64,000 nt of DNA from an uncultured Christensenella sp. (GTDB lineage: Bacteria; Bacillota; Clostridia; Christensenellales; UBA1242). The stretch lies in contig CAJTYR010000002.1 of NCBI GenBank assembly GCA_910584295.1, positions 136,930 through 200,929 on the forward strand. The letters run 5' to 3'. Made by a program: the position numbers and the translations under genes. This document shows, piece after piece, positions 45,372 to 55,413 of this stretch (position 1 is the first letter of the stretch; every line of letters begins with the position of its first letter). The notes below the pieces were generated by a model. It worked only from the letters and a program-made list of their open reading frames with translations, ran no database searches and was not told where the DNA came from.

Positions 45372-47525
45372 ATGGAACACAAATATACAATTAACATTGC
45401 CGGAAGAGATGTGATTTTTGAAACAGGCAAATATTGCATGCAATCAAACGGAACTTGCATGGTTAGAAGTGGTGACACTGTTGTTATGGTCAATGTGACA
45501 ATGTCAAAAGCACCAAAACCAGGAATTGATTTCTTCCCACTTTCAGTTGAATATCAAGAAAAGATGTATTCAGTTGGAAAAATTCCTGGTGGCTTTAAAA
45601 AGCGTGAAGGAAAACCAAGTGACAAAGCTGTGCTTGTTTCAAGACTTATTGACAGACCTCTTCGTCCACTCTTTCCAAAAGGATTTTTCCATGATGTGGT
45701 TGTTGTTGCAACAGCACTTTCAATTGACCCAGATGTAAATCCTGAACCTCTTGCAATGCTTGGTTCTTCATTTGCACTTTCAATTTCTGACATTCCATTT
45801 CTTGGACCTACTGGTGCAGTTCAAGTTGGACTTGTTGACGGAGAATTTGTCATCAACCCAAATCAAGAACAAAGAGAAAGAAGTGAACTTAACCTTACTG
45901 TCAGCGGAACAGATGAAGCTGTTTTGATGATTGAAGGTGGTGCAAACGAAGTGCCTGAACAACAATTTCTTGATGCAATCATGTTTGCACATGAAGAAAT
46001 CAAAAAGATTTGTAAAGAACTTAAGAAAATCAAAGAGGAGATTGGACAACCAGTCAATCCAAAAATCACATATTACGCAATTGATGAAGCTTTGGAAGAG
46101 GCTGTCAGAAAATATGCCGACGACAAATATGACTTTGTTTTGGAATGTTTTGACAGACATGAAAGAGAAAGAAGAGAAGAAGAGGCGAAGGCTGAAATTC
46201 TTGAGCATTTTGCCTCAGAGTATCCTGATTGTGAAAGACAAATCAGCGATGTTTTGTATAAAGTTAAAAAAGAGAAAGTTAGAGCAAAAATTATTAATGA
46301 TGGTGTTCGTCCAGACGGAAGAAAACTTGATGAAATCAGACCAATTTGGTGTGAAGTTGGCATTTTGCCAAGAGTTCATGGCTCTGCAGTCTTCACAAGA
46401 GGGGAAACTCAAGTTTTGTCAGCACTCACTTTGGGCACAGTTTCTGATGTTCAAAAACTTGAAGGGCTTGATGATGAAGATGTAAACAGATATGTTCATC
46501 ACTACAATATGCCACCTTATGCAACTGGCGAAGCAATGATGATCAGAAGCACTGGTCGTCGTGAAATTGGTCATGGTGCGCTTGCTGAAAGGGCTCTTGA
46601 ACCTGTTGTTCCAAAAGAAGATGTTTTCCCATATGCATTGCGTATTGTAAGCGAAGTGCTTTCATCAAATGGTTCTTCTTCAATGGCAAGTGTTTGCGGA
46701 TCAACTCTTGCTCTTATGGATGGTGGTGTTCCAATCAAAGCTCCAGTTTCTGGAATTGCTATGGGACTCATTAAAGACGAAAAAAGCGGAAAGGTTGCTG
46801 TCCTTTCTGACATTCAAGGACTTGAAGACTTCCTTGGAGATATGGATTTCAAAGTTACGGGTACATCAAAGGGTGTTACTGCAATTCAAATGGACATCAA
46901 AATTAAGGGAATTGACAAAAAGATTTTGACTGAAGCTCTTGAAAGAGCAAAAATTGGAAGAATGTATATTATGGACAAACTTCTTGCTTGCATCAGTGAG
47001 CCAAGAAAAGAGCTTTCTGTCTATGCTCCAAAAATCATTACATTCACAATTGATCCAGATAAGATCAAAGATGTTATTGGATCTGGCGGAAAGACAATCA
47101 ACAAGATTATCGATGAAACTGGTGTTAAGATTGACATTGAAGATGATGGAAGCGTGTTTATTGCTTCTTGTGACGCTGAAATGAATGAGAAAGCAAAGAA
47201 AATCATTCTTTCAATCACAGAAGATGTTGAAGTTGGCGATGTTTATGACGGAAAGGTTGTTCGTATTATGACATTTGGTGCCTTTGTTGATATCGGTGGT
47301 GGAAAGGAAGGAATGATTCACATTTCAAAACTTTCAAACAAGAGAGTTGACAAAGTTGAAGATGTTGTAAAAATTGGTGACAGCGTTGAAGTTGAAGTTA
47401 TCAAAATTGACGAGAAAGGAAGAGTTGACCTCAAGCGTATCATACCAAAGGAAGAACTTGAATCAACTGCCAAAGAATCAAAACCAGCAAAAGCAACAAA
47501 GACTGAAAAGAAAGACGAAGAATAA
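45372..47525 (+). CDS. pnp: Polyribonucleotide nucleotidyltransferase (PNPase)
   Basis: Two RNase PH domains, a KH domain (GSGGKTINKI) and an S1 domain (GDVYDGKVVRIMTFGAFVDI); 717 aa. Confidence 0.97.
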   Translation: MEHKYTINIAGRDVIFETGKYCMQSNGTCMVRSGDTVVMVNVTMSKAPKPGIDFFPLSVEYQEKMYSVGKIPGGFKKREGKPSDKAVLVSRLIDRPLRPLFPKGFFHDVVVVATALSIDPDVNPEPLAMLGSSFALSISDIPFLGPTGAVQVGLVDGEFVINPNQEQRERSELNLTVSGTDEAVLMIEGGANEVPEQQFLDAIMFAHEEIKKICKELKKIKEEIGQPVNPKITYYAIDEALEEAVRKYADDKYDFVLECFDRHERERREEEAKAEILEHFASEYPDCERQISDVLYKVKKEKVRAKIINDGVRPDGRKLDEIRPIWCEVGILPRVHGSAVFTRGETQVLSALTLGTVSDVQKLEGLDDEDVNRYVHHYNMPPYATGEAMMIRSTGRREIGHGALAERALEPVVPKEDVFPYALRIVSEVLSSNGSSSMASVCGSTLALMDGGVPIKAPVSGIAMGLIKDEKSGKVAVLSDIQGLEDFLGDMDFKVTGTSKGVTAIQMDIKIKGIDKKILTEALERAKIGRMYIMDKLLACISEPRKELSVYAPKIITFTIDPDKIKDVIGSGGKTINKIIDETGVKIDIEDDGSVFIASCDAEMNEKAKKIILSITEDVEVGDVYDGKVVRIMTFGAFVDIGGGKEGMIHISKLSNKRVDKVEDVVKIGDSVEVEVIKIDEKGRVDLKRIIPKEELESTAKESKPAKATKTEKKDEE

Positions 47526-47572
47526 AGTTTCGAAAATTCCCAAATGCTTTTGAAATAAGAAAATAATTTATT

Positions 47573-47602
47573 AAAAAAAGACTGTAAAATGCAGTCTTTT
47601 TT
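47573..47602. terminator. Bidirectional intrinsic terminator (pnp and the convergent GNAT gene)
   Basis: A-run, stem AAGACTG / CAGTCTT, then a T-run. Confidence 0.75.
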
Positions 47603-48305
47603 ATTGTTTTGTTATGATGCCACTTGAGTTATTTTTTGTGGCAGGTGTGCTTTTTGATAGAAACTTTGTGGCATAATCTTTCTGGTCGCAAGGGTCATGT
47701 TCAATTGAAAAACCATTTCTTTCATAGAATTTTCTGCTTCCTTTTGCAAATGCTCCGATTGGTTGAAAATGTGCGTATATTTGAGTGCATCCATCTTGAA
47801 GTATAAACTCTTCCATTGTTTTTAGCATCGCTGTGCCAAGTCCAGTTTTGAAAAAGTCCTTGTGTTTAATTTCAATCAGTTCCAATTTGCACTTTGCCCA
47901 TTGAAGTGGAAAAGAATGCCATTTTCCACGTGATTTGAATAGTAAAAGGTTGTCTTTTATTATGTATTTATCTTTATCCTTTTTTGTTGTTAAGATTTCG
48001 CAAGTCTTTGGAGTTTTTTCAATTCCTCCAAAGAAAGGCGCATTTGCGAGGCGCTCATCATGAGATAATTTTCTTTGATAAAATTTTTCAATATCAAAAT
48101 AGCATACTCCAACAACATCCAATCCGCTGTATGCTCTTATGATATATGAGGTGTCGTCATCCAAAATCATCTCCAAAAATACGGATTTTCCACCATAAAG
48201 ATCAATTTTTTTAAGTCCATCTCCCATATTATTATTATAGCATTTTTCTTTTGATTTTTCAATAGGCAAAAAATTTTTTAAAAACTTTTTAAAATTGTTT
48301 GACAT
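47601..48305 (-). CDS. GNAT-family N-acetyltransferase
   Basis: The C-terminal half reads GLGTAMLKTMEEFILQDGCTQIYAHF...FYERNGF. The start is uncertain: ATG at 48305 or 48227. The 48392 start in the ORF track would overlap the divergent gene's start region. Confidence 0.65.
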   Translation of the reverse strand: MSNNFKKFLKNFLPIEKSKEKCYNNNMGDGLKKIDLYGGKSVFLEMILDDDTSYIIRAYSGLDVVGVCYFDIEKFYQRKLSHDERLANAPFFGGIEKTPKTCEILTTKKDKDKYIIKDNLLLFKSRGKWHSFPLQWAKCKLELIEIKHKDFFKTGLGTAMLKTMEEFILQDGCTQIYAHFQPIGAFAKGSRKFYERNGFSIEHDPCDQKDYATKFLSKSTPATKNNSSGIITKQ

Positions 48306-48350
48306 GCGTATTTTTGACGCATTATAATTACAATGTGATTGGAGGAGGCT

Positions 48351-48998
48351 ATGGAGAAAAATAATCCACTTTATAAAAATCAGGGGATACACTCTGTGCT
48401 TGCACTCTTCACTGTTGAAAATGGTCGGTTTAAAGTTTTCTTAATCCAAAGAAACAACGAACCTTTTAAAGGAAAGTGGATTTTGATTGGTGGTGCGTGT
48501 TACAACAATGAAGATGTTGAGACGGCGATGAAGAGAGAGCTGTTTGAAAAGACTGGCATGAAAGACATACATTTTCAAATGTTTAATGTTTATTCAAAAC
48601 CGGACAGAAGCCCAGTTTGTCGAATGATTGCCATTGCACACATTGGCGTTGTTGACTGCAAGAGGGTGGAATACCTTAAGCAAACGCTCAAAACGCAAGA
48701 CGCAGATTGGTTTGAAATCAACCATATTCCAGAACTTGGATTTGATCATACGGAAATCTTGGGAGATGCAATTGAATATCTGAAAAGCAAGATTTTTGAC
48801 ACGGCAATTCTTAAGGATTTGTTTCCAAAATATTTCACATTGCCGGATTTGCACAATGCATATGAAAGCATTTTGAACAAATGTATTGACAGAAGAAATT
48901 TCAGAAAAAGAATGCTTTTGCAAAACATCATCAAAGACTCTGGAATGGTGCAAGAAGTTGCTGGGAAAAAGCCAGCAAAGTTATACAAATTTGTTTAG
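48351..48998 (+). CDS. Nudix domain protein with a C-terminal winged helix (NrtR-like regulator)
   Basis: Nudix box GGACYNNEDVETAMKRELFEKTGM. C-terminal segment FTLPDLHNAYESILNKCIDRRNFRKRM. The ATG at 48351 follows RBS GGAGGAGG. Confidence 0.7.
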   Translation: MEKNNPLYKNQGIHSVLALFTVENGRFKVFLIQRNNEPFKGKWILIGGACYNNEDVETAMKRELFEKTGMKDIHFQMFNVYSKPDRSPVCRMIAIAHIGVVDCKRVEYLKQTLKTQDADWFEINHIPELGFDHTEILGDAIEYLKSKIFDTAILKDLFPKYFTLPDLHNAYESILNKCIDRRNFRKRMLLQNIIKDSGMVQEVAGKKPAKLYKFV

Positions 48999-49073
48999 GT
49001 TTTAACAGGTCGAAAGACCTTTTAAAATAACGCATAAATGCGTAAAAAATACACAAATATAAAGGAGAAAGTT

Positions 49074-50165
49074 ATGAAAACAATCGTAGTAAATTTGATG
49101 GGAGCTGCAGGATCTGGAAAGTCGACCTTGGCAACTGAAGTGTTTGCCATGCTTAAAAGAAAAGGATACAATTGTGAATATGTTGATGAATACGCAAAGC
49201 ACATGGTTTATGAAAACAACCTCGCAAGGCTGAGCAATCAACTGTTGGTGTTTAGCAATCAATATTTTTCGCTTGATGTCATTAGAGATAAGGTGAACAT
49301 CATCATAACAGATTCTCCATTGCTTTTGTCAATCTTTTATAACAGAGAAAATCTCAATAAAAATCATTTGAAAGTTCCTGACAAATTGCTTAAAGAATTG
49401 GTTTTGTATTGCTATTCAACTTTTGATAACTTGAATTATTTTCTGACTAGAAACCATGAATATAAAAGAGAAGGAAGATATCAGACTGAAGATGAGGCAA
49501 GGGTGCAAGAGGGAAAGTTGAGAGATCTTTTGCAAGAGATGGAGCTTGATTGCAAACATATGCTTTCAACAGATAATTGTGCTGATCAGATTTTGCAAGA
49601 TATAGAAAATCGTGTGAAATATTATGCAGGGCTTTCAAAATCTGGTATGGAAATTGAAAGAAAATTCTTCTTGGCTGAAGCACCAAAAGGGTTTTATTAT
49701 TTCAGAACGGAAAATATTTTGCAAGGATATTTTATTAAAAATGAACATGAGGTTAGAGTTCGTAATGTGAACAATCAAGATTATTTCCTTACAGAAAAGT
49801 TTGGAGATGGAGTGATGAGAGAAGAATATGAAAAGGCAATTGGCAGAGAAGAATATGCGTCTCTCATGAAAAAAGTTGGTGGAAGAATCGTCCAAAAATC
49901 GAGGACTTATGTTCCACTTGAAAATGGACTGATGGCAGAAGTTGATATCTATTTTGGGAAGAACAAGGGGCTTTCAACCGTGGAGGTTGAGTTTGAAAGT
50001 TTGGAACAAGCAAACTCTTTTGTTCCACCAAAATGGTTTGGAAGAGAAATCACAAATGAAGCAGAGTATAAAAACAAAAATCTTTCTTTGAAAGAGGCTT
50101 CACCAGCGAAAGCATATTCAACTGGAAAGGGTAAAAATGTTGCAGGAAAAGAAAAAGCAGGCTGA
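49074..50165 (+). CDS. Fusion protein: P-loop NTPase/kinase (AAA_28/NadR-RNK-like) plus a C-terminal CYTH domain
   Basis: Walker A GAAGSGKST and a DSPLL Walker B-like motif. The CYTH signature EIERKFFL begins the C-terminal half. The ATG at 49074 follows RBS AAAGGAGAAA. Confidence 0.7.
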   Translation: MKTIVVNLMGAAGSGKSTLATEVFAMLKRKGYNCEYVDEYAKHMVYENNLARLSNQLLVFSNQYFSLDVIRDKVNIIITDSPLLLSIFYNRENLNKNHLKVPDKLLKELVLYCYSTFDNLNYFLTRNHEYKREGRYQTEDEARVQEGKLRDLLQEMELDCKHMLSTDNCADQILQDIENRVKYYAGLSKSGMEIERKFFLAEAPKGFYYFRTENILQGYFIKNEHEVRVRNVNNQDYFLTEKFGDGVMREEYEKAIGREEYASLMKKVGGRIVQKSRTYVPLENGLMAEVDIYFGKNKGLSTVEVEFESLEQANSFVPPKWFGREITNEAEYKNKNLSLKEASPAKAYSTGKGKNVAGKEKAG

Positions 50166-50178
50166 TTTGCCTGCTCTT

Positions 50179-50463
50179 TTATTCGTTCTTATCTTTCATG
50201 AATTCGTTTAAACCTTTTTCAAATTGAGTTTGACTTGTTGGGTCAAGAAAGAAAAGAAGTCCAAAAAGTTGCCCTACATGAAGTTTTTCTTCATTTACTA
50301 TGTCAATGAGGGTACGGTTTACAATTGGGTTGTTTGATTCTTGAATGTGTCTTTCATATTGTATTATTGCCTCGATTTCTCCAATGATGTCTGCTCTGAC
50401 ATTTTCTGCAAGTTGGTAATTTGATATTTTTTGAAGATTTTCGTTTTGTGAATATATTTTCAT
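50179..50463 (-). CDS. EncFtn-like (encapsulated-ferritin family) mini-ferritin
   Basis: 94 aa. EIEAIIQYERH...NEEKLHVGQLFGLL parallels the EncFtn E..E....Y / EE..H metal-site pattern. Confidence 0.6.
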   Translation of the reverse strand: MKIYSQNENLQKISNYQLAENVRADIIGEIEAIIQYERHIQESNNPIVNRTLIDIVNEEKLHVGQLFGLLFFLDPTSQTQFEKGLNEFMKDKNE

Positions 50464-50586
50464 GATAACTCCTTATGCTAGTTCTATGAAAATTTTTCAA
50501 ATTTTGAAACAATGTTTGACAATCATTTTTGATTTTGAGGATTGTTGTTGTATACTTATCATATACAATTATAAACGAGGTGAGAT

Positions 50587-52953
50587 GTGAAAAAAGATAA
50601 CTGCTCTTCAAAAAAATATTTTGAAAAATTGAACGCATATTTTCGTGCTGCAAACTATCTGTCTGTTGCTCAACTTTATTTGCTTGAAAACCCTCTTATG
50701 AGAGAGCATGAGTTGTGCGTTGAGGACATTAAGCCACGACTTGTTGGACACTGGGGAACTGTGCCTGGACAAAATTTCATCTATGCTCACTGCAACAGAG
50801 TTATAAAGAAATATGACCTTGATATGATTCTTCTTTCTGGACCTGGACATGGCGGAAACTTTTTTGTTGCAAACAGCTATTTAGAAGGAACCTACAGCGA
50901 ATATTATCCAAAAATTTCTCAAGACAAAGTTGGTATGACAAGGCTTTGCAAACAATTTTCTTTCCCTGGTGGAATTGGTTCGCATGTTGTGCCAGAGACA
51001 CCTGGATCAATCAATGAAGGTGGGGAACTTGGATATAGTCTTGCCCATGCTTTTGGTGCAATTTTTGACAACCCTAATTTGATTGCAACTGTTGCAGTTG
51101 GTGATGGTGAATCTGAAACAGGTCCACTTGCAACTTCTTGGCATAGTTATAAATTTGTTAACCCTCAAAAGGATGGTGCTGTGCTTCCAATCCTTCACTT
51201 GAATGGGTATAAAATCTCAAATCCAACTGTGCTTTCAAGGCTTTCCGATGACGAACTTGAAAGCCTTTTTGAAGGGTACGGATATAAGCCGCATTTTGTT
51301 TCTGGGGATGACCCTATGCTTATGCATAAGCTTATGGCAAAAGAGATGGACAAGTGTGTTGAGGAAATAAAATATATTTGGCATCGAGCAAGAGACCTTG
51401 GCAAGACAAACAGAGTTGATAATTGGCCAATGATTGTTTTGAGAACTCCAAAGGGGTGGACGGGACCAAAAGAAGTTGATGGAAAACAAGTTGAGGGAAC
51501 TTTCCGTGCTCATCAAATTCCAATTACAATGGCAAAGAGTGAAAACATTGCACTTCTTAAGGCTTGGCTTGAAAGCTATAAACCTGAAGAACTTTTTGAT
51601 GAGAATTATCGTTTAAAAAGTGAAATCGCCGATATTTTGCCAAAAGGAGATAAGAGAATCTCTGCAAATCCTGTGACAAATGGTGGAAAACTTTTGAAAG
51701 AACTTAAAACCCCAGCACTTACAAAGGTTGCTTTTAAATTTAAGGGGCATGGAACTGCAAAGACTCAAGATATGCTTGAACTTGGTGGATATATCAAAGA
51801 AATTTTTGTGTTGAACGAGAAAAATTCCAACTATCGCATTTTCAGTCCAGATGAAGCAATGAGCAATCGTCTTTACAAGGCTTTTGAAGTTCAAAACAGA
51901 GTGTTTAATGCAAATCGTTTGGATAATGATGAAAAACTTGCAATGGATGGACGCATTATGGATTCATATCTTTCCGAACATATGTGTGAAGGTTGGCTTG
52001 AGGGTTATCTTGTCACTGGCAGACATGGCATGTTTGACAGTTATGAGTCTTTCATTCGCGTAGTTGACAGCATGGTTGCTCAACACGCAAAATGGCTTAA
52101 GACTTGCAAAGAAATTTCTTGGAGAAAGTCAATTTCATCTCTTAATCTCATTTTGACAAGTGATGTGTGGCAACAAGATCACAATGGTTATACGCACCAA
52201 GATCCGGGATTCTTGGGACATTTGGCAGACAAAAAAGGTTATATTTCAAGAATTCTGCTTCCAGCTGATGCAAATAGTTTGATTGCTTGTTATGACAGCT
52301 GTGTTAAGAGTAAAGATATGGTTAATGCCATCGTTGCTTCAAAGCATCCTTCTTATCAATGGCTTTCTATGGAAGAAGCGAAGAAAAATGTTGAAAACGG
52401 AGTTGAAGAATGGTCTTGGGCTGGGATGAACAACACTAAAAGGCCAGATGTTGTTATTGCTTGTGGGGGACATACTCCAACTGAAGAAGCTCTTGCTGCT
52501 GTTTGGTATTTGAAGAAATATTTGCCAAAACTTAATGTCAGATTTGTCAATGTGGTTGACTTGCTTCGTCTTTCCAAAGACTCTGAAAATCCAACTGCTC
52601 TTTCTGATGTTGAATTTGATAAGATTTTCACAAAAGACAAACCAGTTGTTTTTGCTTTCCATGGATATGCAGAACTTATCAAGTCACTTGTTTATGACAG
52701 ACACAACAAAAATTTTGTTGTTGAGGGGTATAACGAAGAAGGAACTATCACAACAGCATTTGATATGAGAGTGAGAAATCACATCGATCGTTTCCACCTT
52801 GTTTTGGATGTGCTTGACAACATTGAAATCTCAAAAGCAGAGAAAAACAAAATTGCAAAAGAGATGAATGAAAAACTTGATTTCCACAACAAGTATATTG
52901 TTGAGACTGGACTTGACACACCAGAATTTGCAAACTGGAATTGGAATGACTAA
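50587..52953 (+). CDS. xfp: Xylulose-5-phosphate/fructose-6-phosphate phosphoketolase
   Basis: 788 aa with EGGELGYSL, the GDGESETG ThDP motif and WQQDHNGYTHQDPGF. GTG start after RBS GAGGTGAG. Confidence 0.95.
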   Translation: MKKDNCSSKKYFEKLNAYFRAANYLSVAQLYLLENPLMREHELCVEDIKPRLVGHWGTVPGQNFIYAHCNRVIKKYDLDMILLSGPGHGGNFFVANSYLEGTYSEYYPKISQDKVGMTRLCKQFSFPGGIGSHVVPETPGSINEGGELGYSLAHAFGAIFDNPNLIATVAVGDGESETGPLATSWHSYKFVNPQKDGAVLPILHLNGYKISNPTVLSRLSDDELESLFEGYGYKPHFVSGDDPMLMHKLMAKEMDKCVEEIKYIWHRARDLGKTNRVDNWPMIVLRTPKGWTGPKEVDGKQVEGTFRAHQIPITMAKSENIALLKAWLESYKPEELFDENYRLKSEIADILPKGDKRISANPVTNGGKLLKELKTPALTKVAFKFKGHGTAKTQDMLELGGYIKEIFVLNEKNSNYRIFSPDEAMSNRLYKAFEVQNRVFNANRLDNDEKLAMDGRIMDSYLSEHMCEGWLEGYLVTGRHGMFDSYESFIRVVDSMVAQHAKWLKTCKEISWRKSISSLNLILTSDVWQQDHNGYTHQDPGFLGHLADKKGYISRILLPADANSLIACYDSCVKSKDMVNAIVASKHPSYQWLSMEEAKKNVENGVEEWSWAGMNNTKRPDVVIACGGHTPTEEALAAVWYLKKYLPKLNVRFVNVVDLLRLSKDSENPTALSDVEFDKIFTKDKPVVFAFHGYAELIKSLVYDRHNKNFVVEGYNEEGTITTAFDMRVRNHIDRFHLVLDVLDNIEISKAEKNKIAKEMNEKLDFHNKYIVETGLDTPEFANWNWND

Positions 52954-53014
52954 CCTTTTAGGACGCAATCAGATTTGATTGTGTCTTTTTGGTATCTTAA
53001 AGGAGAAAGAAATT

Positions 53015-53800
53015 ATGAAATGGTTTTTTGAAGAGGATAAAACATCTGGAGTTATAACTGGACATGAACATGTAAGAAGTGATCATAAACCAACTGACAA
53101 ATATGAATTACCTACAAATGCAATGATTTTTTGTTTGGGAAAATGGGATTTGGTTTTGAATGAACTATATAGGACAAATCTTATTTTGGACAAGCTTCCA
53201 CGTTTTTGTGGAACAAGTCCAGTGTATCAGATTGAAGGTGTTAAAGATTGGTGTTTTCTTCATGGTGGAGTGGGCGCTCCAGTGATTGCTGATACGATTG
53301 AGACGCTTCGTGCTTTTGGAGTGAAAAAACTTGTTTTGGTTGGACTTGCTGGAGGATTTGGAAAAGATGTCAACATCGGAGATATTATTTTGCCAGAAAA
53401 AGTTTTAAGTGAAGAAGGAACAAGTTTGCATTATGGCTTTGAAAACTGGACAAATATTGTTTCTTATGATGCAAATGCTTTGAAAAGACATTTGGAAAAG
53501 AAATATAAAGTGTTTACAAATCCAACAATCACAACTGATGCTGTCTATCGTCAGACATTTTATAAAGAAAACTTATGGCGAAGTTATGGTTGCATTGCAG
53601 TCGACATGGAAGCGTCTGCATTTGTCAATCTTTGCAAATTTTATGACTTGGAACATTCTGTTGTTTTGAGAGTATCTGATAAGCATCCAATGAATGAAGA
53701 TGAACCTAAATGGAAGTTTGGTGCAAAAATGGACTATCGAAGAGAATTTTTGTCTTCAATAATTGAATTTTTTACAAAGGATGGAAATGTTAATGTCTGA
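53015..53800 (+). CDS. Nucleoside phosphorylase family protein (PNP_UDP_1)
   Basis: GVGAPVIADTIETLRAFGVKKLVLVGLAGG and AVDMEASA. The ATG at 53015 follows RBS AAAGGAGAAAG. Confidence 0.75.
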   Translation: MKWFFEEDKTSGVITGHEHVRSDHKPTDKYELPTNAMIFCLGKWDLVLNELYRTNLILDKLPRFCGTSPVYQIEGVKDWCFLHGGVGAPVIADTIETLRAFGVKKLVLVGLAGGFGKDVNIGDIILPEKVLSEEGTSLHYGFENWTNIVSYDANALKRHLEKKYKVFTNPTITTDAVYRQTFYKENLWRSYGCIAVDMEASAFVNLCKFYDLEHSVVLRVSDKHPMNEDEPKWKFGAKMDYRREFLSSIIEFFTKDGNVNV

Positions 53801-55244
53801 ATTTGGAGTTTTGTGTCACATAACTTGTTTGAATAATTCTTATGGTTTGGGCGATTTCGGAAAGACTGCATACGAGTTTGTTGACTTCTTAAAAAAGATT
53901 GGTGCAACAGTCTGGGAAGTTTTACCTCTGAATTTAACAAACGATTTTAATTGTCCATATGGAGCAATGAGCATTTTCTCTTTTGATGAAATGTTTGTTG
54001 ACTTGGAAGAACTTTGTCATATGAAACTATTAAATAAAAAACAGCTTTTTTGTTTAAAAAAATATAGGAATAGTGATAAAGTTAATTTCTCTCAAATCAA
54101 ACCAAAAAAACTTGAATTGTTTGAATGTGCTTACAAAAATCTGAAAGAAAAGACGTTTTTGGAAGAATACTCAAAAAAAGAAAAATGTGTGTTGGACTAT
54201 GCATATTGGAGAGTTTTGCTTGAAGTCTTTGGTGTTTCTGATTGGCGTTTGTTGGATAAAAAATTTTGGAACAGAAATTCAAGCGCTGGCAAAAAATTTT
54301 CATTGGAGCATAAGGAAGAAATTTTGAAATATGTATTCTTCCAATATATTTTGCAAAAACAATGGCAGAACTTGAAAGATTATGCAAACAAAAATGGGGT
54401 GAAGATTTTTGGTGATGTTCCTGCTTATTGTGACAAGGCAAGCGTTGAGGTTTTTTCCAATCCGAAATATGTCAAACTAAACAAAGCTTTCTTGCCGTTG
54501 GCAACAGGTGGGGCGCCTGCCGATGAGATGTGCTGTGATATGCAAGATTGGGGAACATGCGTTTATGATTGGGATGTTTTGAAAAAGAAAAACTATGCAT
54601 ATTTGATTGAGAGAATTAAAAGACTTCTTGAAAGATATGACATTTTAAGGCTTGATCATTTTATGGCATATGTTGAGCATTTTGAAATCCCAAAAGAAGG
54701 AAAGAGAAAGCCTCAATTTGTTAAAGCTGGAGGAAAAGAATTTTTTGAAAAACTTTCTAGAAAAGTTTCTTTTGAAAAGCTTGTTGTTGAAGACATTGGT
54801 GTTGTGACAAAAGAATGTCAAGAGGTGATAAAAAATTTTCAGCTTACACGAATGAAAGTTTTGCAATTTGCTTTTGAAACAAATGAAAAAAATCCACATT
54901 TGCCGGAGTTTGCAGGCAAGGATTGTGTCTATTACACTGAAACCCATGACAGCAATACTTTTATGGGATTTCTGAAAAAACTTGACAATAAGCAATTGTT
55001 GAAAGTTGAAAATTTGCTTGATTGCAAGAGCAAAAATTTGAAAAAAATTCAAGTAAGTGCGATTAAAAAAGTATTGTCTTCAAACGCTAAAATTGCTATG
55101 ATTCCAATTCAAGATTTGATGTTTTTGGATGAGCGTTTTAGGATGAATATTGCTGGAACAGCAGCAGGGTGCTGGGAATATAGATTACAAAATAATTTTA
55201 GAAAAAAAATTATTTTAAATATGAAAAAATATTTTAAAAGATAA
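53793..55244 (+). CDS. malQ: 4-alpha-glucanotransferase (GH77)
   Basis: GVLCHITCLNNSYGLGDFG at the N-terminus, RLDHFMAY, and GDVPAY. The start overlaps the upstream stop (ATGTCTGA). Confidence 0.88.
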   Translation: MSEFGVLCHITCLNNSYGLGDFGKTAYEFVDFLKKIGATVWEVLPLNLTNDFNCPYGAMSIFSFDEMFVDLEELCHMKLLNKKQLFCLKKYRNSDKVNFSQIKPKKLELFECAYKNLKEKTFLEEYSKKEKCVLDYAYWRVLLEVFGVSDWRLLDKKFWNRNSSAGKKFSLEHKEEILKYVFFQYILQKQWQNLKDYANKNGVKIFGDVPAYCDKASVEVFSNPKYVKLNKAFLPLATGGAPADEMCCDMQDWGTCVYDWDVLKKKNYAYLIERIKRLLERYDILRLDHFMAYVEHFEIPKEGKRKPQFVKAGGKEFFEKLSRKVSFEKLVVEDIGVVTKECQEVIKNFQLTRMKVLQFAFETNEKNPHLPEFAGKDCVYYTETHDSNTFMGFLKKLDNKQLLKVENLLDCKSKNLKKIQVSAIKKVLSSNAKIAMIPIQDLMFLDERFRMNIAGTAAGCWEYRLQNNFRKKIILNMKKYFKR

Positions 55245-55337
55245 AAAACATGTAAAATTGCAGGTTTTTTAAGCAAAAATGCGTATTTTTAAGTGAATAT
55301 CGATAGAAAAATATGATTTCTTAGCGAGTGTTTGCGT

Positions 55338-55367
55338 TTGACTTAAAAGTGATATTAATGCTATAAT
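55338..55367 (+). promoter_or_regulatory. Putative promoter of the surface-protein operon (extended -10)
   Basis: TTGACT, an 18-nt spacer, then TGC-TATAAT (hexamer 55362-55367). Confidence 0.6.
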
Positions 55368-55413
55368 TTTCTTATTGAATTTATACATAATATATTTGTT
55401 GTTGGAGTGAGTT

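Noticed and set aside
48306-48392. Upstream extension of the GNAT gene to 48392 in the ORF track.
   Set aside because: It would overlap the RBS and start of the divergent Nudix gene and adds a hydrophobic or odd N-terminus (MYPLIFIKWIIFLHSLLQSHCNYN). The internal ATGs at 48305 or 48227 are more plausible.
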